The notes below the pieces were generated by a model, which had not been told where the DNA came from, did not search any database, and worked only from the letters and a program-made list of their open reading frames with translations. A program made the position numbers and the translations under genes. From Haloarculaceae archaeon (GTDB taxonomy: Archaea; Halobacteriota; Halobacteria; Halobacteriales; Haloarculaceae), in NCBI GenBank assembly GCA_036625595.1, contig JAZKTK010000002.1, positions 3,552 through 67,551 of the forward strand: a DNA stretch of 64,000 bases, read 5' to 3'. Shown piece after piece: positions 28,037 to 36,516 of the stretch (position 1 is its first letter; each line of letters starts with the position of its first letter).

Positions 28037-28306
28037 TCAGCGCAGCGGCTCGGCACACTCGCGACAGTAGCTGAACATGCCGTCACGGTCGTTGAGCGCT
28101 CCGCATTGCTGGCAGACGACGGCGTCATCAGGGCCACGGTCGGCGTCAATATCAGTCGCGGCAGCCGACCCTTCCAGTCGCTTGTACCCCGGTTCCCGCG
28201 ACTCCCCGTCGTGCGTGGACTCACCCCGCTGGAAGTACCGGTACAGCACCAGCTGCAGCAGCGCGAACCCGATGAGGTACGCCGCGAGCCAGGCCCAAGC
28301 CTCCAT
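28037..28306 (-). CDS. Small membrane protein with a C-terminal zinc ribbon
   Basis: The N-terminal TM helix is MEAWAWLAAYLIGFALLQLVLY, followed by an acidic linker and CQQCG...CRECAEPL. I chose the ATG at 28306. Confidence 0.6.
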   Translation of the reverse strand: MEAWAWLAAYLIGFALLQLVLYRYFQRGESTHDGESREPGYKRLEGSAAATDIDADRGPDDAVVCQQCGALNDRDGMFSYCRECAEPLR

Positions 28307-28535
28307 GTTCCATGCTAGGCGTTCACAGTACTTGGATGTTCGGCTCGAAGTCACGGCGTGGTTCTTCTTCGCTGAGTTGCCGCAGGTCCGAGGTGATTTT
28401 GAACACTTTGGCAGTCTGTTGCTCGTTGGCGGTTGCGACCTCGTTGATTTCGTTGCTGCGGTCGGTCGCGTCGTCTACATATTCGACACCAGGAGAGTTT
28501 CTCACGACCAATACTCCATTCTGGGAGCGCGCCTG

Positions 28536-28548
28536 ATATTTATATAAG
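28536..28548. promoter_or_regulatory. Near-palindromic TATA-like element in the divergent KaiC intergenic region
   Basis: ATATTTATATAAG lies ~21 nt upstream of the kaiC ATG at 28569. It also lies ~25 nt upstream of a candidate minus-strand start at 28511. Confidence 0.4.
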
Positions 28549-28568
28549 CACCAGCCTGAGAGGTGGGT

Positions 28569-30038
28569 ATGGAGACTTCGGCCGTGCGGATTAGTAGCGG
28601 CATCACTGGGCTTGACGAACTGTTGCGCGGCGGGTTCGTGTCCGGTCGAATGTATCTGGTCTGTGGTGAACCGGGGACCGGCAAGACGCTGCTCGGGATG
28701 CACTTTCTCGAGGCCGGCATGGACAACGACGAGACAGTACTGTGTATTCACGGCGAGGAGTCACGAGACGAAATCCTTCTGAATGGAGCACAGGTCGGTA
28801 TCGACATTCAGGACGCGCAGTTTCTGGACCTGGGACCGAACTCCGAGTTCTTCACCGAGGACCGAAACTACGACCTGGTCGAGCCGGGCGCAGTCGAACG
28901 TGACCGATACACAGCGGACATCCACGACGCCATCAGGGATATCAATCCCGACCGGGTCGTCCTCGACCCAATCACGCAACTGCGATACATCGAAGCAAAC
29001 GAACACCAGTTCCGAAAGCGAATTCTCTCGTTTATGCGGTTTCTCAAGGAACGGGATACGACTGTCGTCGGGACCGCAACGCTGTCCAGCGACACCGGGT
29101 ACCAGACTGAGATGCGCTCGTTGAGCGACGGGGTCATCCAACTGTCCCACACGGACCGGGGTCGACGGCTCAAGGTCGCAAAGCACCGTGGGTTCGGACA
29201 GCAAGACGGCAGCCACGGTCTCGCAATCAGAGACAGCGGTGTCGAGGTGTTCCCGTCACTGATTCCGGAACAGCTCGACAGCACCCTGGAGACGTCCCGT
29301 ATCAGGTCCGGAATCGATAACCTCGACGACCTGCTCGGCGGCGGTCTCGAGAAAGGGACGGTGACGTTCATCAGCGGTCCGACAGGTGTCGGGAAGACAA
29401 CGACGGCGACACAGTTTCTCGCGGAAGCTGCGAACCAGGGGACGGACTCGATTGCCTACCTGTTCGAGGAGGGAACGGACACCTTCACACACCGGTCCGA
29501 ATCAATGGGCATCCCACTCTCGGACCTGCGCGAGCAGGGGGCGGTGTCGCTCAGAGCGGTCGAACCGCTCGCGCAGTCGGCCGAAGAGTTCGCACAGACG
29601 GTCAAGCGCGAAATCGACCGGACCGGTTCGGAAGTCGTCCTCATCGACGGTATCGACGGGTACAAGATGTCGATTCAGGGGACAGATGCGACGCTCGTCG
29701 AGAAGATACATGCGCTGACACGGCACCTCAAGAACCGCGACGTGACGGTGATAATAACTGACGAAGTGTCACAGATAACCGGCATGCGGACGGCAACGAG
29801 TACGAACCTCAGCTACATCGCCGACAACATCCTCTTTTTGAGTTATATCGAGACTGAGGGAACACTCGAGAAAATCATCGGGGTCCTGAAAAAGCGGGCA
29901 GGCGGCTTCGAGAACACACTCAGAGAGTTCGACCTCGACGGCGGCATCCACGTCGGCGACCCGCTGACCAACGCATCGGGAATTTTGCAGGGGACGCCAC
30001 AGATGAACCCGGGTCGCGGGAATCAGACCGATGACTGA
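28569..30038 (+). CDS. Two-domain KaiC-family ATPase (circadian clock protein KaiC homolog)
   Basis: There are two RecA-like halves, each with Walker A (GEPGTGKT and GPTGVGKT). The KaiC-style N-terminal signatures are ISSGITGLDELLRGGF and IRSGIDNLDDLLGGGL. An alternative GTG start lies at 28563. Confidence 0.88.
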   Translation: METSAVRISSGITGLDELLRGGFVSGRMYLVCGEPGTGKTLLGMHFLEAGMDNDETVLCIHGEESRDEILLNGAQVGIDIQDAQFLDLGPNSEFFTEDRNYDLVEPGAVERDRYTADIHDAIRDINPDRVVLDPITQLRYIEANEHQFRKRILSFMRFLKERDTTVVGTATLSSDTGYQTEMRSLSDGVIQLSHTDRGRRLKVAKHRGFGQQDGSHGLAIRDSGVEVFPSLIPEQLDSTLETSRIRSGIDNLDDLLGGGLEKGTVTFISGPTGVGKTTTATQFLAEAANQGTDSIAYLFEEGTDTFTHRSESMGIPLSDLREQGAVSLRAVEPLAQSAEEFAQTVKREIDRTGSEVVLIDGIDGYKMSIQGTDATLVEKIHALTRHLKNRDVTVIITDEVSQITGMRTATSTNLSYIADNILFLSYIETEGTLEKIIGVLKKRAGGFENTLREFDLDGGIHVGDPLTNASGILQGTPQMNPGRGNQTDD

Positions 30039-31560
30039 GGACGACGACACCACTGGTCCGGGCGCTGTCGCGCAACCGAGCGACGAGCGGTCGACAGTGC
30101 AACTACTCGTCGGTGACGAGGGCAATCGGTCGGCGCTCCGGGCAATGCTCGACGATCGGTACGTCGTCGGCACCAACCAGTCCGTCACCGATGCCGACCT
30201 CTACCTCGTCGAGGACCGACTGTTCACCGAGCACGTCGACGACCTTCGCGCGGTCGTCGAGCGGGAGGCTCCTGTGTTCTGTCCGGTCGTTCTTCTTCGT
30301 CGAGATTCGAGCAACTCGTCGGTATCACTCCGGACGCTCGGCAAGCGCGAGACGCCGGTGGTACTCGACGATGTCATCGACGCCCCCGTCAGCCAGGCCG
30401 TGCTCGTGCGACGGCTGGAGACGCTGCTCATCCGGCGCAGACAGGCACAGCAACTCCAGACGCAGGTGTCGACACTCGAAAAGCGCGAGCGCGAACTCCG
30501 AAGTTTCAAACAGGCAGTCGAACACTCTGGCCACTCGATTACGATTACAAAGACAGACGGAACAATCCAGTTTGTCAACAGTGCCTTCGAGGAGACGACG
30601 GGGTACAGTGCCGAGGAGGCAATCGGAAACACCCCCCGAATCCTCAATTCAGGCGAGCACGACAAGGCGTTTTACGCAGACCTCTGGAAGACAATTCTTG
30701 CCGGAGACATCTGGGACGGCAATGTGATAAACGAGCGCAAAAACGGCGAGCGATACGTCGTCGAACAGACGATTGCACCGATACTCGACAGTGGCGAAAT
30801 AGAGGGGTTTATTTCGGTCAATGCAGAGATAACCGAGCGTATCCGGCGCGAGAAGAAACTCCAACACCAGCGACAGGAACTCGACCTTCTGCGACAGATT
30901 CTCACTCGCGTTCTCAGACACAACATCCGCAACGACCTCAACGTCGTTATGGGACACGCAGAGCGCCTCGCCAACGAACGAGAATCAGATGAGGGGTTGG
31001 CCAAGATTGTCCAGAAGGCCGAATCCATCGCAGAGACCAGCGAGACTGCACGAGAAATCGCCGCGCTCATCGAACGGAGCGAAACCCCGTCACAACAGGA
31101 TATCGTCCCGCTCGTGGAGCGAGTCGCTGCCGACGTGCGTGATCGATTCCCCGAAACGACAGTCAGGGTCGACCTGCCAGCGGAGTGTGCTGCGTACGCC
31201 AGCGAGGAACTCGAGCGCGCCCTCACTGAACTCGTCGAGAACGCCGCCGAGTACAACGACGCCAACGACCCATGGGTCGATATCACGCTCGAACGGAACG
31301 AGACAATTCGACTCGCAATCGAAGACAATGGGCCGGGAATCCCGGAGAGTGAACTCGTGCCGCTCAGACAGGACGAAGAGACTTCGCTCGAACACGGAAG
31401 CAGTGTCGACCTGTGGCTCGTCAACTGGATTATCGAACAGTGCGACGGCACGATTCACTTCCACAGGCGCGATAACGGAACGCGTGTCGAACTCGAACTC
31501 CCGAAGAAAAAGGTCGTCGACGGAGCAGTTCTCACCACGACCGACAACGACAGCTACTGA
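30031..31560 (+). CDS. Signal-transduction histidine kinase: receiver-like (probably pseudo-receiver) + PAS + HisKA/HATPase
   Basis: The start overlaps the kaiC stop by 8 nt (ATGACTGA). The PAS segment is FKQAVEHSGHSITITKTDGTIQFVNSAFEETTGYSAEEAIG. The H-box is LRHNIRNDLNVVMGH and the ATPase motifs are ELVENAAEYN and IEDNGPGIP. Confidence 0.85.
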   Translation: MTEDDDTTGPGAVAQPSDERSTVQLLVGDEGNRSALRAMLDDRYVVGTNQSVTDADLYLVEDRLFTEHVDDLRAVVEREAPVFCPVVLLRRDSSNSSVSLRTLGKRETPVVLDDVIDAPVSQAVLVRRLETLLIRRRQAQQLQTQVSTLEKRERELRSFKQAVEHSGHSITITKTDGTIQFVNSAFEETTGYSAEEAIGNTPRILNSGEHDKAFYADLWKTILAGDIWDGNVINERKNGERYVVEQTIAPILDSGEIEGFISVNAEITERIRREKKLQHQRQELDLLRQILTRVLRHNIRNDLNVVMGHAERLANERESDEGLAKIVQKAESIAETSETAREIAALIERSETPSQQDIVPLVERVAADVRDRFPETTVRVDLPAECAAYASEELERALTELVENAAEYNDANDPWVDITLERNETIRLAIEDNGPGIPESELVPLRQDEETSLEHGSSVDLWLVNWIIEQCDGTIHFHRRDNGTRVELELPKKKVVDGAVLTTTDNDSY

Positions 31561-31599
31561 AGCGCTATCGCAGCACTTCGACGTTCCCGTAGCGACAGT

Positions 31600-32508
31600 T
31601 CAGGCGTCAGGTGGGGTCAAATCACGCTGGAACTCGTCGAAGACGTTCAAATTGTCGGGTATCTCGGTGGGGATGCGACGCTCCTCGCGTCTGTCGACAT
31701 TGTCGTCTTCCAGCGGGTCGGCGACCGACTCCCAGCCGTCTTTGATCGCGATACTCGTTGCGGGAGAGCCTGCGGCGATGTGGTGGGCCGGAATGTCTTT
31801 CGAGAGTGCGGACTTGGCGGCCAGAACCGAATTCCGGCCGACCTTGACGCCGGCGCGGACCATCGAATCGTAGGTGACGCGTGCGTCGTCCTCGATGATG
31901 GTGTGGTAGTTGGTCACGACAGTCTGGTCGACGACATCGTGGTCGTGCGTGTAAATCGCGGCGTTGTCGGAGATAGAGACGCGGTCGCCGATACTGAGTT
32001 TCCCGCGGTCGTCAAGGTGAACATCGTCGTGGACGACGACGTTGTCACCGACGGTGATGTTGTGGCCGTAGGTGAAGGTAATACCCTTGAAAAATCGGCA
32101 GTTGTCACCGCACTCTTCGAAGAGGTGTTTGGCGAGCATCCGGCGAAACCGGAGCGCGAAGGCGATGTTGTCGGCCATCGGAGTGGCGTCGAACTGCCGC
32201 CAGAGCCACTGGAGGTACTTCGACTGCTGGAAGTCCGCGTCCATCGTCTCGACTTCGGCGTAGTACTCGCTTTCGAGGGTCGCGTTGCAGGGGTTGTACC
32301 CCTGCAGTCGGACCCGTTCAGCGGGCGTCACGTCGCCGCCGGCCTGCCAGCGCTCGTAGGCATCGCGGTCACCCATCAGGTCCACGAGTGTCTCCTTGAC
32401 GACCTCGCAGGTGTCCTCGTCGCTGGCGAGACGGGTGTCGACCTCGTCGATGAACTCCTGTACCCCTTCCTCGGCAGCGGGTGGCAACGACACGTGTCGC
32501 TTCGTCAT
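31600..32508 (-). CDS. Left-handed beta-helix (hexapeptide-repeat) acyl/acetyltransferase
   Basis: Hexapeptide repeats are ITVGDNVVVHDDVHLDDRGKLSIGDRVSISDNAAIYTHDH. I chose the ATG at 32508 (MTKRHV). Confidence 0.75.
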   Translation of the reverse strand: MTKRHVSLPPAAEEGVQEFIDEVDTRLASDEDTCEVVKETLVDLMGDRDAYERWQAGGDVTPAERVRLQGYNPCNATLESEYYAEVETMDADFQQSKYLQWLWRQFDATPMADNIAFALRFRRMLAKHLFEECGDNCRFFKGITFTYGHNITVGDNVVVHDDVHLDDRGKLSIGDRVSISDNAAIYTHDHDVVDQTVVTNYHTIIEDDARVTYDSMVRAGVKVGRNSVLAAKSALSKDIPAHHIAAGSPATSIAIKDGWESVADPLEDDNVDRREERRIPTEIPDNLNVFDEFQRDLTPPDA

Positions 32509-32646
32509 GTTCCGCCATTGCCCGGCAGCACGCATAGGGGTTTCCGTTACACGTTCGTCACCCGGTATCGTCTCCGTTACTGCGGCACTATTCGAACCGG
32601 GTCGAACCCGTGTGGATTTATCATCGCCGCACCGTTGTCGGTGTGC

Positions 32647-33633
32647 ATGAGCGGAATACTCGGCAGCATCAAGGGCCTCTTCTGGAACTCCGAGGAGCTG
32701 CGACTGCGTGCGCTGTTTCGAGTGCTGGCCACGACCGGTCTCCTCCTGTTGGTGGTCACGCTCGTTCTCTCTCTCGTCGGTGTGGTAAACAGCGTCCTCG
32801 GTCTCCCCAGCATCTTCCCGCAGGTGGCTGCCTTCTCACTCGTTATCGTCGGGCTGGTCGCACTCACGTGGTTCATCGACCGTCGCCGAATTCGAGACGT
32901 GGGGCTGTCGCTGGACCGGCAGTGGGGGCTGGACCTACTCGTCGGATTCGGTGTCGGCGGTCTGATGGTGGCCGTCGCCGTCGCGTTGCTCCTCGTCGGC
33001 GGGCTGGCTACTGTCAGCGCTACGTACGCCGTCGAGAACCCTGACTTCACGTTCGACGCGGGGTCGACCGCCGTCGGTGTCCTCTATGGCTTTCTCTTTT
33101 TCACCGTCTTCGCAACGCTCGAAGAGGTGCTTGTCAGGGGGTATCTGCTCGTCAATATCGCCGAAGGGATTCGCCAGTACAGTTCGACCGACCGCCGCGC
33201 CGTCGTCGGCGCTATCGCACTCACGGCAGCCCTGTTTGGCCTGCTCCACGCCGCTAATCCCGGCGGAACAGCACTCAGTCTGGTGAATATCGCTGTCGCT
33301 GGGGTCTTCTTCGGCGTCGCCTACGCCGCGACCGACCGGCTTGCGTTCCCCATCGGCGCACACGTCGGCTGGAACTTCACCGTCGGCTCGGTGTTCGGAC
33401 TGCCGGTCAGCGGCCTCCGCACCGACAGCGCCCTGCTCGCTGTCGAACCCGACGGCCCGACGCTTCTCACTGGCGGCAGTTTCGGTCCCGAAGGTGGCGT
33501 CGTCATGCTCGTTGGCCTGCTGGCCGGTATCGCTGTCTTCGTCTGGTGGGTCCACCAGCAGTACGGGACTCTCGCTATCGACGAACGTATCGCCATTCCG
33601 GACCTGTGGGTCGCCGAAGGCGACGATTCCTGA
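32647..33633 (+). CDS. CPBP-family intramembrane glutamic protease (CAAX protease-like)
   Basis: Motifs are EEVLVRGYL, FGLLHAANP and HVGWNF in a polytopic protein. Only the last 329 codons of the 617-aa track ORF are credible, because the upstream part is antisense to the acetyltransferase gene. Confidence 0.8.
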   Translation: MSGILGSIKGLFWNSEELRLRALFRVLATTGLLLLVVTLVLSLVGVVNSVLGLPSIFPQVAAFSLVIVGLVALTWFIDRRRIRDVGLSLDRQWGLDLLVGFGVGGLMVAVAVALLLVGGLATVSATYAVENPDFTFDAGSTAVGVLYGFLFFTVFATLEEVLVRGYLLVNIAEGIRQYSSTDRRAVVGAIALTAALFGLLHAANPGGTALSLVNIAVAGVFFGVAYAATDRLAFPIGAHVGWNFTVGSVFGLPVSGLRTDSALLAVEPDGPTLLTGGSFGPEGGVVMLVGLLAGIAVFVWWVHQQYGTLAIDERIAIPDLWVAEGDDS

Positions 33634-33744
33634 CCCGTCCATTTCGGCTCGAACCCGCGCTCAGTCGTGCGGTTCCATCTCACGGGAGACACTTTCACCG
33701 TCCCCCGTCAGACACATATCAGAAGGCGGGAATCAGCCGCTCCG

Positions 33745-34794
33745 TTACTCTGCCTTCAACCCCTCGCCCTTGACACGCATGACAGCCTCGCCGTCGGCGA
33801 GGTTCGGCGCGTCCACGAGGCGGACGATGCGTTTGTCGGCCTTTGACTTGCGGAGATAGATACGGAACGTGGAGGTGTGGCCGAGGATGTTGCCACCGAT
33901 GGGCTGGGTCGGGTCGCCGAAGAAGGAGTCGGGGTTGGCAGCGACCTGGTTTGTGACGACGACAGCGGTGTTGTTCAGGTCGCCGACGCGCATCAGGTCG
34001 TGGAGGTGTTTGTTGAGTTTCTGCTGGCGGTCCGCGAGTTCGCCACGGCCGACGTACTCCGCACGGAAGTGTGCGGTCAGCGAGTCGACACAGAGCAGTC
34101 GAACAGGGAACTCCCCGTCCTGGCTCTCGCCGGCGATTTCCTGTGCTTTCTCCGCGAGGAGAATCTGGTGATTGGAGTTGAACGCCTTTGCGACGTGAAT
34201 CTTGTCGAGGAAGGCTTCCAGCAGGTCTTCGAGCAGGCCATCATCGTCAGCGTCGGCATCGGCTTCCTCTTCGACGACTTCGTGGGTGACCATCGCCGCT
34301 TCGATGGCGTCGTCCGGCAGGCCACGGAGCATGTCGTCGATACGCTCCGGGCGGAAGGTGTCCTCGCTGTCGATGAAGATACAGCTGCCTTCGAGACCGC
34401 CGTACTCGGACGGAAGCTGGACGTTGACCGCGAGCTGGTGGGTGACCTGCGACTTGCCGGCCCCGAACTCGCCGTACACTTCGGTGATAGACTGGGTCTC
34501 GACGCCCCCGCCGAGCAGTTCGTCGACCTCGTCGACGCCCCACGTCAGCTTGCCGATCTGTTCGCGTCGCTCCAGGACTGTCGAGCCAGATTCGAAGCCA
34601 CCGATATCAGCGGCGTCACGAGCGGCGTTGATGATATCTGCAGCGCTGGACTCCCCGATGTCGGCCGTATTCGAGAGTTCGCCGGGACTGGCGACGGCGA
34701 TACCCTGGTAGTTGTCGAATCCGTTGTCTTTGAGCTTCTCTGCTGTCGCCGGCCCGACGCCGGGGAGGTCTTCGAGGTCTTCACCTGTGGACAT
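33745..34794 (-). CDS. radA: DNA repair and recombination protein RadA
   Basis: The N-terminal HhH is [15 protein letters not shown], Walker A is GEFGAGKSQ, and the rest follows the RadA/Rad51 core pattern. Length is 349 aa. Confidence 0.93.
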   Translation of the reverse strand: MSTGEDLEDLPGVGPATAEKLKDNGFDNYQGIAVASPGELSNTADIGESSAADIINAARDAADIGGFESGSTVLERREQIGKLTWGVDEVDELLGGGVETQSITEVYGEFGAGKSQVTHQLAVNVQLPSEYGGLEGSCIFIDSEDTFRPERIDDMLRGLPDDAIEAAMVTHEVVEEEADADADDDGLLEDLLEAFLDKIHVAKAFNSNHQILLAEKAQEIAGESQDGEFPVRLLCVDSLTAHFRAEYVGRGELADRQQKLNKHLHDLMRVGDLNNTAVVVTNQVAANPDSFFGDPTQPIGGNILGHTSTFRIYLRKSKADKRIVRLVDAPNLADGEAVMRVKGEGLKAE

Positions 34795-34926
34795 ACCCGG
34801 TCGTTGCGCCCCCTGTCACATAAACCCCCGTTAACAGGAGAGTGAAAGTGAAAGTGCATGACGTGAGGCGGATAGTTTCCAGAGTCGGCAAGGATTGATA
34901 CGAGAAGGTGGGAATCGCGGCGGCTG

Positions 34927-35538
34927 TCACTCCCAGGGGTGGCCGCCTGGCGTGTCGGGCCACAGCGGATACCAGTACGCCTGGTCGTCCTCCAGGGTGA
35001 GTTCGCCGTCGAGCACGCTCTGGAGTTTGAACTCCGTCTGGCTGTCCCGTTCCTGGCCCGACTCGGGGACGAACGGATAGTACGACCCCCGTCGGAACGA
35101 GTAAATCCAGTAGACTGTGCGATTCTCCTCGGGTTTCTCGAACGCGAAGACGGCAGCGAGTAACCGCGACCCGAACCCGTGGTCGACGAGCGTACGAACC
35201 GCGAAGTGGATGGTCGTCACCAGGTCTTCGAACGTCTCGTCTTCCAGGACAATCCACCGGTAGCCGTAGTCGTCCTCGTGCAGTTGTGCGACCGTCCCAG
35301 TCTCTTCTTCACCCACCGACAGTATGGCCTCGACCTCCTCGACCGCCTGTGCAAACCGCGTGCTGTCGACACCGCTAAAACACAGCGCGGCGTCTCCGGC
35401 AGGGACGTAATCGAGATTCGCCTCCATCGTGATGTACGCCGAGGTCATCTCGAAGAGGTCGTCTGGGTTCGCCGCGCGGGTCGCGTCGACCTCCGCTTTC
35501 ACGCCGAGAATCTGTTTTATCGTATCGAACAGTCCCAT
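34927..35538 (-). CDS. Conserved hypothetical acidic protein, coupled to htpX
   Basis: The ATG at 35536-35538 (MGLFDTIKQILG...) lies 1 nt after the htpX stop at 35540-35542. The 37 upstream codons of the track ORF are Ser/Arg-rich and overlap htpX. Confidence 0.7.
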   Translation of the reverse strand: MGLFDTIKQILGVKAEVDATRAANPDDLFEMTSAYITMEANLDYVPAGDAALCFSGVDSTRFAQAVEEVEAILSVGEEETGTVAQLHEDDYGYRWIVLEDETFEDLVTTIHFAVRTLVDHGFGSRLLAAVFAFEKPEENRTVYWIYSFRRGSYYPFVPESGQERDSQTEFKLQSVLDGELTLEDDQAYWYPLWPDTPGGHPWE

Positions 35539-35539
35539 A

Positions 35540-36412
35540 TCAGATCTCCAGTTCCCGTTCGAGGTCGCGGAGTTTGGCGACCCGTTTCTCGGTCGGCGGG
35601 TGTGTGCGGGCGATGCGGCCGACGAAACCGCGGTCGATGGGGATGACAAAAAACGCGTTCATCTCGGCTTGCTCGCGCAGGTCTTCTTTTGGAACTCTGT
35701 CCATCCGGCCATCGATAGTCACGAGCGCGGAGGCGAGCGCGCCGGGGTTGCCCGTGATGAGCGCGCCACCACGGTCGGCCGCATACTCGCGATAGCGCGA
35801 TAGCGCCCGCACGAGCAGGAAAGAGACGACCCACACCACCAGCGAGACCGCGATAGCGACGAAAATAGAGGGGTTGCCCCGGCGGTTGTGTCCACCGCCG
35901 AAGAACCAGCCCCAGCGGACGATGAGAAAGGCAATCGTCGACAGAAACGAGGCGATGGTCATCACGGCCACGTCGCGGTTCTTGATGTGGGCCAGTTCGT
36001 GAGCGATGACCCCCTCGAGTTCCGCGCGGTCGAGCGTCTGGAGGAGACCCGCGGTGACACAGACCGTCGAGGTGTCCTGTGAACGGCCGGTGGCGAAGGC
36101 GTTTGGCACGCTCGTCTCCGCGACGGCGACCGTCGGTTTCGGCAGGTCCGCCTGCTGTGCGAGGCGGTCGACCGAGCGGTGGAGTTCGGGATACTCCGTC
36201 GGGTCGACTTCACTGGCACCCATGCTCCAGAGTGCGAGGCGGTCGCTGTAGAAAAACTGCACCAGTGAGAACGACCCGAAAAGAAGGACGACGGTTAGCA
36301 GGCTCTGGAAGGCCGTCCAGAGGACAGCCAGGAAGACAACGTAGAGACCACCGAGCAAGAGGATGGTGAGAGCCATCCGTCCGCGGAGTCCCCAATCAGT
36401 GCGCCACTGCAT
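35540..36412 (-). CDS. htpX: Zinc metalloprotease HtpX (peptidase M48)
   Basis: The HEXXH motif is HELAHIKNRD, set among four TM segments. The C-terminal THPPTEKR is typical of HtpX. Confidence 0.9.
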   Translation of the reverse strand: MQWRTDWGLRGRMALTILLLGGLYVVFLAVLWTAFQSLLTVVLLFGSFSLVQFFYSDRLALWSMGASEVDPTEYPELHRSVDRLAQQADLPKPTVAVAETSVPNAFATGRSQDTSTVCVTAGLLQTLDRAELEGVIAHELAHIKNRDVAVMTIASFLSTIAFLIVRWGWFFGGGHNRRGNPSIFVAIAVSLVVWVVSFLLVRALSRYREYAADRGGALITGNPGALASALVTIDGRMDRVPKEDLREQAEMNAFFVIPIDRGFVGRIARTHPPTEKRVAKLRDLERELEI

Positions 36413-36516
36413 ACCGGGGGATACGCCCGGAAGGAACTAAACGACACTGCCGTCCCGTGCAGTGTGACAGCCATCGAACGGACAACTTAAACGCCACAGC
36501 GGCCTAGCCAGGTTCA

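Noticed and set aside
31780-32646. The upstream 289 codons of the 617-aa ORF 31780-33633 as part of one giant protein.
   Set aside because: That part is the antisense shadow of the hexapeptide acetyltransferase gene (31600-32508) and is Val/Asp/Gly-repetitive. The CPBP protease signature begins only after the ATG at 32647. The same logic applies to 53815-54135 (upstream of the C2H2 membrane protein) and 16302-16559 (upstream of the DUF4212-like gene).
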